From Candidatus Avelusimicrobium bubulum (lineage in GTDB: Bacteria > Elusimicrobiota > Elusimicrobia > Elusimicrobiales > Elusimicrobiaceae), in contig CADBYN010000001.1 in assembly GCA_902798835.1 (NCBI GenBank), positions 46,015 to 110,014 of the forward strand: a stretch of 64,000 nucleotides of DNA, written 5' to 3'. Every line of letters begins with the position of its first letter. Position 1 is the stretch's first letter. Positions 37,291-45,406 of this stretch are shown in pieces. The notes below the pieces were generated by a model. That model ran no database searches, was not told where the DNA came from, and saw nothing but the letters and a program-made list of their open reading frames with translations. Position numbers and translations under genes: made by a program.

Positions 37291-38531
37291 ACGATACCGC
37301 TATGCCCCTGGCCGCCCGTCAAGCGCCTAAAAAATTAGAAGATTTTGCCGGTCAACCCCACTTGTTAGGGCCGGGCAAAATGTTGCGCCGTTTACTTGAA
37401 GCGGACATGATTAAATCCGCGGTATTCTTCGGGCCGCCCGGTTGCGGCAAAACGGCCACGGCGCGCTACATAGCCTCGCGCACGCAATCGTATACCGTAG
37501 AATTAAACGCCGCCGCCGCCGGTGTGGCGGACCTCAAAAAAGTGTTGGCCGAAGCCAAAGAACGCGCGCAAACGCCGTCATTTGATCAGCGCCGCACGCT
37601 GGTAATTTTAGACGAAATTCATCACTTTAATAAAACCCAACAGGATGTGCTTTTGCCCTCCGTGGAGCGCGGGGATATTATCTTAATCGGCATTACGACC
37701 GAAAACCCGTATTTCTACATTAACAACGCGCTACTCTCGCGCTTTTCCGTGTTTGAATTTAAACCGCTGGAGGGTAACGATTTACTGAAAATTTTAACGC
37801 GCGCCGCGCAAGACGAAAATGCCAAAATTGATGACGACGCCGCCGACTTTTTGATTACACAAGCCAACGGCGACAGCCGCAAAATGCTAAACGCGGCCGA
37901 GCTTGCCTTTGTGACCACCGCGCCTGATAAAAAAGGCAAGAAACATATCACACTCAAAATTGCGCAGGAGTGTATCCAAAAACGTCACCTACGTTATGAC
38001 AAAAAAGGCGACGATCATTACGATATTATCTCCGCATTTATTAAATCGATGCGCGGCAGTGACCCGGATGCCGCGGTTTATTGGCTTGCGCGCATGTTAG
38101 AGAGCGGAGAAGACCCGCGCTTTATTGCCCGGCGTATTTTAATTTGTGCGTGCGAAGATGTGGGGCTGGCTGAGCCCTACGCCATTATGATTGCCCAAGC
38201 CGCTTTTGCCGCTGCCGAAGAACTGGGTATGCCGGAAATCCGCATTCCCTTGGCACACGCGGCTATCTACGTGGCGTGCTGCCCCAAGAGCAACTCGGCT
38301 TATTTAGCCGTCGACAAAGCACTGCAAGAAGTGCGCGAAGGACGCTACCGTCCCGTGCCCGATCACTTGCGCAGTGCCGGCAAAAACCGCGGCTACAAGT
38401 ACGCGCACGATTTTCCCAACCATTACGTTAAACAACTCTACATGCCTGACCCAATGAAATTTTTTGAGCCGGGAGAACTGGGGCGCGAAGCGGCGCTTAT
38501 CAAAAAACTCAAAGAGCTCAAAGGAGAATAA
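37287..38531 (+). CDS. rarA: replication-associated recombination protein A (AAA+ ATPase)
   Basis: 414 aa. Walker A GPPGCGKT, Walker [10 protein letters not shown], MgsA C-terminal [31 protein letters not shown] overlap with zapA-like. Confidence 0.9.
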   Translation: MNDTAMPLAARQAPKKLEDFAGQPHLLGPGKMLRRLLEADMIKSAVFFGPPGCGKTATARYIASRTQSYTVELNAAAAGVADLKKVLAEAKERAQTPSFDQRRTLVILDEIHHFNKTQQDVLLPSVERGDIILIGITTENPYFYINNALLSRFSVFEFKPLEGNDLLKILTRAAQDENAKIDDDAADFLITQANGDSRKMLNAAELAFVTTAPDKKGKKHITLKIAQECIQKRHLRYDKKGDDHYDIISAFIKSMRGSDPDAAVYWLARMLESGEDPRFIARRILICACEDVGLAEPYAIMIAQAAFAAAEELGMPEIRIPLAHAAIYVACCPKSNSAYLAVDKALQEVREGRYRPVPDHLRSAGKNRGYKYAHDFPNHYVKQLYMPDPMKFFEPGELGREAALIKKLKELKGE

Positions 38532-39737
38532 ATGGAGCCCGAAGCCCCCTTTAGAGGTCAAGTTTTCACCGTTACCGCTATTACCCTGGCCGTCAAACAA
38601 ATGATCAGCGGCGTGTTTCGTGACGTATTTGTAGAAGGCGAAGTGAGCAATTTGCGCGAGTCGGCCAACGGGCACCTATACTTTGATCTAAAAGACCGCG
38701 AGTCCCTATTACCTGCTGTCATGTTCAAATGGGATGCGCGCAAATATTCCTTGGAACTGCAAGACGGCGTACAGGTGCGCGTGTGGGGCAGCTTGGACGT
38801 GTATGCCAAGTCCGGCAAGTATCAAATTGTGGTAAAAACCGTAGAGGCACTTGCCAAAGGCAATTTGTATTTAGAATTTGAACGCCTTAAAAAGAAATTG
38901 GAAACCGAAGGCTTATTTGCGCCCGAACACAAAAAAGAGATTCCCACCTATCCCCAACGCATCGGTGTGGTAACTTCCCCTACCGGCGCGGCCGTGCGCG
39001 ATATTTTATCGGTGCTCAAAAGGCGCAGCCCGCACTTGGAAATTTTTATCGCGCCGGTTTTGGTACAGGGCGATGAAGCCGCCCCGCAAATTGCGCAAGC
39101 CATTGAAGATTTGAATAAATTTACCCCCGCACTCGATGTACTTTTGGTGGGGCGCGGCGGCGGAAGCATTGAAGATTTGTGGGCGTTCAACGAGGAGATT
39201 GTAGCACGTGCTATTTTCGCCAGTAAAATCCCGGTCATTTCCTGCGTGGGGCACGAAGTCGATTTTACCATTGCCGATTTTGTAGCCGATTTGCGCGCTC
39301 CCACTCCTTCAGCTGCAGCAGAACTAGTAGTACAAAATTCCCAAAATACCGCCCAGCATATTGCTGCGTTGCAAAAACGTATGCTGCAAGCCGTGTCGTT
39401 ATTTTACGAACGGTTTAAAAGTCGCTTTGAGTTGGCTGTTAATTCGCGCGTGTTCAAAGACCCGCAAACGCTCACGCAGGAAAAAGAACAAACACTTGAC
39501 GATTTAACCTTGCGCTTAGAAAATGCCTGGAACGAAAAATTAATCGCCTGGACACATCGCTTTGAAATGGCACGCCAAAAATTAAATGCCTTGGGCCCGC
39601 AAGCCGTTTTAAAGCGCGGATACAGTATCACGCGCAAACAAAACGGAACGATTATTACCCGCGTGGCGCAAACCGCACCGGGCGAAACGATTTATGTACA
39701 AGTACAAGACGGCATGATTCATACGGAGGTAAAATAA
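38532..39737 (+). CDS. xseA: exodeoxyribonuclease VII large subunit
   Basis: 401 aa. N-terminal OB (GEVSNLRESANGHLYFDLKD) and catalytic GRGGGSIEDLWAFNEE. Confidence 0.9.
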   Translation: MEPEAPFRGQVFTVTAITLAVKQMISGVFRDVFVEGEVSNLRESANGHLYFDLKDRESLLPAVMFKWDARKYSLELQDGVQVRVWGSLDVYAKSGKYQIVVKTVEALAKGNLYLEFERLKKKLETEGLFAPEHKKEIPTYPQRIGVVTSPTGAAVRDILSVLKRRSPHLEIFIAPVLVQGDEAAPQIAQAIEDLNKFTPALDVLLVGRGGGSIEDLWAFNEEIVARAIFASKIPVISCVGHEVDFTIADFVADLRAPTPSAAAELVVQNSQNTAQHIAALQKRMLQAVSLFYERFKSRFELAVNSRVFKDPQTLTQEKEQTLDDLTLRLENAWNEKLIAWTHRFEMARQKLNALGPQAVLKRGYSITRKQNGTIITRVAQTAPGETIYVQVQDGMIHTEVK

Positions 39738-39986
39738 ATGCCCAAACTTACATTTGAAAAGCAGCTTTCCCGCTTAGAAGAAATTGTGGAAAAATTAGAA
39801 GGCGAAACGACAGATTTGGACGCTTCGGTCAAACTCTTTGAAGAAGGAATGGCGCTTTCTCAAGAGCTTTCCCAAAAGCTGGAAACCGTCAAATTTAAAG
39901 TGCAAGAACTTAAAAAGAAAGGGGCTCAGCTAATACCTGCGCCGTTTGACACGGAACTTGCCGAGGATAGCGATGGTCAAGAATAA
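39738..39986 (+). CDS. xseB: exodeoxyribonuclease VII small subunit
   Basis: 82 aa. FEKQLSRLEEIVEKLE...LDASVKLFEEG pattern; immediately follows xseA. Confidence 0.85.
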   Translation: MPKLTFEKQLSRLEEIVEKLEGETTDLDASVKLFEEGMALSQELSQKLETVKFKVQELKKKGAQLIPAPFDTELAEDSDGQE

Positions 39987-40734
39987 ACTGCGCTTAGATA
40001 ATGCGCTGGTAGAACAGGGTTTTTTTAATAGCCGCACGCGCGCGCAAGCTTCCATTATGGCGGGCGAAGTGCTGGTCAACAACGAAATCGAAACCCGCGC
40101 CGACCGCACCATTTTACCCGAAGATGTAATCTCACTCAAAGAAAAATCATGTCCGTACGTTTCGCGCGGCGGACTTAAATTAGCCAAGGCCCTGGAACAT
40201 TGGCGCATTGATTTAACCGGAAAAACCTGCGTAGACATCGGCGTGGCTACCGGCGGATTTAGCGATTGCATGATCCAAGCCGGTGCCAAAACCGTATATG
40301 GTGTAGATGTGGGCAAAGGCCAACTCGCCGACGAAATGCGCCACTATACAAATTTTATTTTCAAGCCCGAAACCAACGCGCGATACTTAACCCCGGAAAT
40401 GTTTGAAACTCCCTTTGACTTTGCCGCGGTGGACGTGTCGTTCATTTCGCTGACGATGATTATGGCGCCTTTGTTTAGTGTGATGGCCCCGCGCAGCGAA
40501 ATTGTTTTTTTAATCAAACCGCAATTTGAACTGACCCCCAAACAAGTGCCGCACGGCATTGTAAAGACCGAAGAAAACCGCCAGCTGGCTATTAAGCGCG
40601 TGCAAGATTATTTTGAAGAAAACCTGCGTGAAAAATACACGGCCGTGGCCGGGGAAGCAATTGAGTCCCCCATCAAAGGCACGCACGGAAACACGGAATA
40701 TTTGTGGCTGGTAACAATTAATAAACCCGCCTAA
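39973..40734 (+). CDS. tlyA: TlyA-family rRNA 2'-O-methyltransferase
   Basis: Start moved to MVKNKLRLDNALVEQGFFNSRTRA (S4 domain). FtsJ-like SAM motif VDIGVATGGFSD. Confidence 0.85.
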   Translation: MVKNKLRLDNALVEQGFFNSRTRAQASIMAGEVLVNNEIETRADRTILPEDVISLKEKSCPYVSRGGLKLAKALEHWRIDLTGKTCVDIGVATGGFSDCMIQAGAKTVYGVDVGKGQLADEMRHYTNFIFKPETNARYLTPEMFETPFDFAAVDVSFISLTMIMAPLFSVMAPRSEIVFLIKPQFELTPKQVPHGIVKTEENRQLAIKRVQDYFEENLREKYTAVAGEAIESPIKGTHGNTEYLWLVTINKPA

Positions 40735-40750
40735 TTGGGCGGGTTTATCA
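40724..40750. terminator. bidirectional rho-independent terminator (tlyA / murD)
   Basis: AAACCCGCC-taattg-GGCGGGTTT; overlaps the tlyA stop codon. Confidence 0.65.
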
Positions 40751-40766
40751 TGCAAAAATCAATTTC

Positions 40767-42122
40767 TTACAGTTCGTGTACCAATTCTTTAAACACGTTG
40801 CCGCGTTCTTCATAACTTTTGAATTGGTCAAAACTGGCACAGGCCGGAGATAAAAGCACCACGTCATCTTTCACGGCATGTTTGGCTGCATAAATCACGG
40901 CCTTATCTAACGTGTCGCAGCGCGTAATGGGAAAATCTCCGTGCAACTCGCGCTCGATTTTATCCATACATTCCCCAATGCTAAGCACTTGTTTGCAGTG
41001 ATCTTTCAAGTAAGGCAGCAGCACCTCGTACGAAGCCCCTTTATCGCGGCCGCCCAAAATAAGCCAAATGTTTTTCTTATTATCAAAACTTTTTAGCGCG
41101 GTAATTACAGAGTCCAAATTAGTAGCTTTGGAATCATTAATGTACGTTACGCCGTTTACTTCCCGCACCGTCTCAATACGGTGCTCTATAGCTGCAAACC
41201 GGTCAAAAACGTACTGGATATCTTCGCTATCTACGCCATCGGCCAAAGCCATTAGCGCCGCGGCCATGGCATTTTCCACGTTGTGCAAACCGATTAACTT
41301 AGGCGGATGCAAGTGATATCCCTGGCTAAAAATAAGCTCATCTCCGTCGAAAAACACATCTGTCTTAATCCAATGTTTGGGCTGGGCCGAAAAAGCACGC
41401 ACTTCACTTTTAATCTGCCCCGATAATTGCGCACAAATTGCGTCTGCCGCATTTAACACAGCTATATCTTGCGGCGTTTGCTCTTGAAACATCCTTCCTT
41501 TGGCTTTAACATAATTATCCATGTTGCCGTGATGATCCAAGTGATCCGGCGTAACGTTTAACAAGCAAGCCACATGGGGATGGAAATAGGTGCTATCTTC
41601 CAGTTGATAGCTGGAAACTTCTATCACCACAATATCTCCTGGCTGCACTTGACGCACACATTGGGAAACCGGATTGCCGATATTGCCGCACACCCATACC
41701 TGTTGGCCCTTCTTTTCTTGCTCGGCGCGATGTTTTAAAATTTCACCGAGCAGCGCGGTAGTAGTGGTTTTCCCGTTCGTTCCCGTTACGGCAAATACGC
41801 GCACGTCTTTGGGTAAAAAAGATAGTGCCACTTCCAGCTCGCTAAACACAGGAATATTTTGTGCTTTGGCCGCTTGCAGCACGTGGCTGCTTGGTAAAAT
41901 ACCTGGGCTTTTTACAAAAAAACCGCAGGTAAACACGTGCGGGGTATGACCGCCCGTTTCTACCTCTATATGTAGGGAAGGTTGTAGTTGCGGGTTGGGG
42001 TTAGAGTCGCTAATCAGCACATCCATACCATAAGCAGCCAATAATTCCGCCACCGCGCAACCGCTTTTTCCACTGCCCAACACACAAGCTTTCTGTCCTA
42101 AAAAATCAGCATAATTAAACAT
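40767..42122 (-). CDS. murD: UDP-N-acetylmuramoylalanine--D-glutamate ligase
   Basis: Start moved to MFNYADFLGQKACVLGSGKSG (canonical MurD N-terminus). GTNGKTTT P-loop. Overlaps the murE stop by 8 nt. Confidence 0.9.
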   Translation of the reverse strand: MFNYADFLGQKACVLGSGKSGCAVAELLAAYGMDVLISDSNPNPQLQPSLHIEVETGGHTPHVFTCGFFVKSPGILPSSHVLQAAKAQNIPVFSELEVALSFLPKDVRVFAVTGTNGKTTTTALLGEILKHRAEQEKKGQQVWVCGNIGNPVSQCVRQVQPGDIVVIEVSSYQLEDSTYFHPHVACLLNVTPDHLDHHGNMDNYVKAKGRMFQEQTPQDIAVLNAADAICAQLSGQIKSEVRAFSAQPKHWIKTDVFFDGDELIFSQGYHLHPPKLIGLHNVENAMAAALMALADGVDSEDIQYVFDRFAAIEHRIETVREVNGVTYINDSKATNLDSVITALKSFDNKKNIWLILGGRDKGASYEVLLPYLKDHCKQVLSIGECMDKIERELHGDFPITRCDTLDKAVIYAAKHAVKDDVVLLSPACASFDQFKSYEERGNVFKELVHEL

Positions 42123-43569
42123 GTTTACTCCGCAAAAATGCACGCACGGTTTCCTGATCGGAAAAATGCCGTTTCTCCGTGCCCACAAGTTGATAATCTT
42201 CGTGCCCTTTGCCCGCCACAATGACGATATCATTTTTTTGCGCCTTGGCAAGGGCGGCCGTGATAGCCTGCGCACGGTCCGGCAGTACCGTGTAATTGGT
42301 ACATCCTTTCATCCCTGCTAAAATATCATTAAAAATTTGTTGAGGCTCTTCGCAACGCGGATTATCGTTCGTGAGAAATACATAATCGGCCTCTTGGCAC
42401 GCGGTGCGTCCCATCAGCGGACGCTTGGTGCGATCGCGCTGGCCACCACAACCAAACACGAGGAATACTTTGCCTTGCTTAAACGGGCGGATGGTATCAA
42501 ACGCACGTTGTAACGATTCGTTGGTATACGCGAAATCTACATACGCAAAAAAATCTTGTCCCTCATCGATGCGCTCCATGCGGCCCGGCACCCCGGGCAA
42601 TGCACAGAGTCCGCGCGCGATATCCGTAAGCGAAATCCCGTTTGCGCTCGCCGATGCACAAGCAGCTAAAGCATTGTACACATTGTGCTTACCCAAGAGA
42701 TTAATTTGCATGGGCACACCGTTGATTTCAAAAGACGTGTGCGTTAAAAATTCGTGGATATTTTTCGCCGTAAAATCGGCCGGGGTTTCTATCCCAAAAG
42801 CAACGATGCGCACGCGGCCGCTAAACATTTTTATAAGCCGTTGCCCATACGGATCGTCGGCATTGATAATCAGCGCACGGTTTTGCTTGGGGTTTTTCTT
42901 ATCTGCCACGTTTTCAAACAGTTTTACTTTGGCGGCAAAATAATTTTCAAATGTTTTGTGAAAATCCAAATGATCGCGCTGCAAGTTGGTAAAAACGGCC
43001 GTGTTGTACCAGATGTTGCGCACACGTTGCAGCTCCAGCGCGTGGGAAGAAACTTCCATCACTACATCGGCGCAATTTTCGCGTTTCATCTGCGCGAGTA
43101 ATTTAAAAAGCGTAAGCGCCGCCGGGGTTGTGTTGGGGGCTTGGCAAATCTGTTTTCCGCCGGCGCGGTAATTGACCGTGCCAAACACGCCCACTTTATG
43201 TCCCGCGTTTTGCAAAACGGACTCTAATAAATACGCAATCGAAGTTTTCCCTTTTGTGCCAGTGATGCCGTACATCACAAGCGCATCCGACGGGCAATCA
43301 TAAAATTCATACGCCGCGTCAGCCATATCTTTATCAATATCTTGGGAGTGAAAAAATGCAACGCTAAGCGGTTGCGAAGGTTTTTGCGCCGATACGATAA
43401 GCGCTGCGCCGCGCGTAATAGCGTCTTGGATAAATAAATTGCCGTCCGCGTTGGCACCTTTGAGCGCAAAAAACACATCCCCGGGCTGTACTTCTTGCGA
43501 ACGGAACGTAAGCCCCTTTATCTGGATCTGCTCTTTGGCAGCAAACGCTAAAACGGCACTTTTATACAT
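42115..43569 (-). CDS. murE: UDP-N-acetylmuramoyl-L-alanyl-D-glutamate--2,6-diaminopimelate ligase
   Basis: 484 aa. GITGTKGKTS P-loop; DNPR motif (TNDNPRCE) typical of meso-DAP-adding MurE. Confidence 0.9.
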   Translation of the reverse strand: MYKSAVLAFAAKEQIQIKGLTFRSQEVQPGDVFFALKGANADGNLFIQDAITRGAALIVSAQKPSQPLSVAFFHSQDIDKDMADAAYEFYDCPSDALVMYGITGTKGKTSIAYLLESVLQNAGHKVGVFGTVNYRAGGKQICQAPNTTPAALTLFKLLAQMKRENCADVVMEVSSHALELQRVRNIWYNTAVFTNLQRDHLDFHKTFENYFAAKVKLFENVADKKNPKQNRALIINADDPYGQRLIKMFSGRVRIVAFGIETPADFTAKNIHEFLTHTSFEINGVPMQINLLGKHNVYNALAACASASANGISLTDIARGLCALPGVPGRMERIDEGQDFFAYVDFAYTNESLQRAFDTIRPFKQGKVFLVFGCGGQRDRTKRPLMGRTACQEADYVFLTNDNPRCEEPQQIFNDILAGMKGCTNYTVLPDRAQAITAALAKAQKNDIVIVAGKGHEDYQLVGTEKRHFSDQETVRAFLRSKHV

Positions 43570-43575
43570 AGCAAT

Positions 43576-43581
43576 ATAGTA
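43576..43581 (-). promoter_or_regulatory. -10-like TACTAT, 6 nt upstream of murE ATG
   Basis: Reverse strand reads TACTAT-ATTGCT-ATG. No SD. Weaker hexamer. Confidence 0.3.
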
Positions 43582-43623
43582 GCAAAATTGCCGTTACTCA
43601 AAAAAGAGGAACTTGGACCCATT

Positions 43624-44352
43624 TTATTTTTGGGTCAATTTCGCTACTTCGGCGGCAAAGCGGGCCAGGTGCTCGCGGATTTGCGGTTGTTTGGTTTCCA
43701 AAAGCGGCAAGAGTGTGTTGCGCACCCAATTACGGCGGTAGATATCGTCAAAATTAGTTTGATCGGTCACGTAGGAAAGTTTATTTTGAGCCACGTACGT
43801 TTCTACTTGCTCGCGCGTAACGCACAACAAGGGTCGCACAATCTCCACCCCGTTGCAAAGCGGCCGGCGCAGTGGAATTCCCGCCAACCCCTGCACCTTA
43901 GTGCCGCGCAGCAAATTTAACAAAAACGTTTCGGCCAAATCATCTAAATGATGCCCCAGCGCCAGCTTAGTAGCGCCCCATTTTTTGGCCACTTGTTGAT
44001 AGGCGTTGTAGCGGGCTTTGCGCGCACCGTGTTCGGGGCTCAAATCATATTTTTGAGCTACTTTTTTAGCATCCACTTTTTTAACAAACAACTCAATTCC
44101 CAGATGTTGGCAAAGCTGACGGCAAAAGTCTTCATCGGCTTGAGCCGCGCGACCGCGCAAGCCGTGATTTACATGCACCGCAGCCAGCGCAAAGTGTTTT
44201 TCTTTGGCAAGATATTGCAAAAAATGCAGCAAGCAAACCGAGTCTGCACCGCCGGAAAGACCGACCAGCACGCAATCTTTGCGGGAAAGCAGCGCTGCGG
44301 CAAACGCACGCATTTTAGGAAGAACGGAAGCATTAAAATTCTTTTTTGTCAT
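43624..44352 (-). CDS. tilS: tRNA(Ile)-lysidine synthase (short form, PP-loop domain only)
   Basis: 242 aa. SGGADS PP-loop, HVNHGLRG, LALGHHLDD motifs. TATACT lies 7 nt upstream of the ATG. Confidence 0.75.
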   Translation of the reverse strand: MTKKNFNASVLPKMRAFAAALLSRKDCVLVGLSGGADSVCLLHFLQYLAKEKHFALAAVHVNHGLRGRAAQADEDFCRQLCQHLGIELFVKKVDAKKVAQKYDLSPEHGARKARYNAYQQVAKKWGATKLALGHHLDDLAETFLLNLLRGTKVQGLAGIPLRRPLCNGVEIVRPLLCVTREQVETYVAQNKLSYVTDQTNFDDIYRRNWVRNTLLPLLETKQPQIREHLARFAAEVAKLTQK

Positions 44353-44389
44353 ATAAAAAAGTATAATAAATTAACAGGAGTTTTTTAAT

Positions 44390-44764
44390 ATGGATAAAAA
44401 AAGAGTTTTAATTGTGGAAGATGAAATGAGCATTGTGGAGTTGCTAACGCTCGTTCTTACGCGCGAGGGATATGAAGTTTCTTCGTGCCAAACCGGGCGC
44501 GATGCCATTGCCACGATGAAAGAATTTCATCCGCACCTTGTGCTTTTGGACGTAATGCTCCCCGGGCTGGACGGTGCGGGTATTATCAAGATTATGGCGG
44601 AAGACGAGATGCTTTCTAACATTCCGGTACTGGTAACATCGGCGCTGGTGGAATCGGCGCACATGTTCCAGCCGTATCCGCAAGTGAAAGGCTTTTGCTC
44701 AAAGCCCTTTGTGCTCGCTGACCTGGTTGGCAAGGTAAAAAAAGCCATCGGCGACGAGATGTAA
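44390..44764 (+). CDS. single-domain response regulator (CheY-like receiver)
   Basis: 124 aa. VLIVEDE, phospho-acceptor LVLLDVMLPGLDG, SKPF. CAGGAG SD; -10 TATAAT at 44362-44367. Confidence 0.85.
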   Translation: MDKKRVLIVEDEMSIVELLTLVLTREGYEVSSCQTGRDAIATMKEFHPHLVLLDVMLPGLDGAGIIKIMAEDEMLSNIPVLVTSALVESAHMFQPYPQVKGFCSKPFVLADLVGKVKKAIGDEM

Positions 44765-44780
44765 TTTGCGAGTTTGCAAT

Positions 44781-44813
44781 AAAAAAATCCCCGACGAAAG
44801 TCGGGGGTTTTTA
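44781..44813. terminator. bidirectional rho-independent terminator
   Basis: AAAAAAAT-CCCCGAC-gaaa-GTCGGGG-GTTTTT. Confidence 0.75.
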
Positions 44814-44838
44814 TTTCATACGTAGTTATAAATTTGCT

Positions 44839-45393
44839 TTATAAAAACGCGTATTCCTTCCAGAAATTATTTAATACTTCGTCCAAAAATAGCTCTTTGC
44901 TGGTTTGCCCGTTAATCACCGTGCTTAAACTGACACAGGTATTTTTGCATGAAACCGGCAACTGGGTATTTAAATAAATTCCCGCGCCCAATAGCCAAGT
45001 ATTGTCGTTTGTTTTTTCAGCCAAAATTCCGGCGCATTTTTTCCAAGTGGAAGACGTGCTGTCCTGCACAAAGATATCCCCCGTTTTGGAAATTTTCGTT
45101 TTTACGTTGAGCACATTTATAATTACATCGCTAATGGCATTGGTCATGGCCCAGGTTAATTTCTCCCCCGTCACTTCAAATTGCGGATTCAAAATCAGCG
45201 TAAAATAAACGCCCCCTTCCCCGGCAAAAAACGGTTTTTCGTCACGGTCAACGGCCGCGGTTTGTTGACAGGCCAAAATAAGGGTCCCGTCCGTTTCTTG
45301 AATCGCTAGACTGCGTGCCAAGGATTGCGTGCTGGGAATTTTCTCCAGCCCGATTACTTTCTGTACGGTTTTAAAGGTAATAGTTTGTTCCAT
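44839..45393 (-). CDS. biotin/lipoate protein ligase (BPL) family protein, divergent BirA-like
   Basis: 184 aa. IPSTQSLARSLA (cf. xDSTNxxA), LACQQTAAVDRDEKPFF in place of QTxGRGRxGRxW, GGVYFTLIL, KKCAGILAEK and LLGAGIYLN (cf. KxxGILxE, xGIGINx). Confidence 0.5.
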   Translation of the reverse strand: MEQTITFKTVQKVIGLEKIPSTQSLARSLAIQETDGTLILACQQTAAVDRDEKPFFAGEGGVYFTLILNPQFEVTGEKLTWAMTNAISDVIINVLNVKTKISKTGDIFVQDSTSSTWKKCAGILAEKTNDNTWLLGAGIYLNTQLPVSCKNTCVSLSTVINGQTSKELFLDEVLNNFWKEYAFL

Positions 45394-45399
45394 AATTTG

Positions 45400-45405
45400 A
45401 TTATA
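45400..45405 (-). promoter_or_regulatory. -10 hexamer TATAAT, 6 nt upstream of the BPL-like ATG (leaderless geometry)
   Basis: Reverse strand reads TATAAT-CAAATT-ATG. Sits directly after the uvrB stop codon (45407-45409). Confidence 0.4.
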
Positions 45406-45406
45406 C

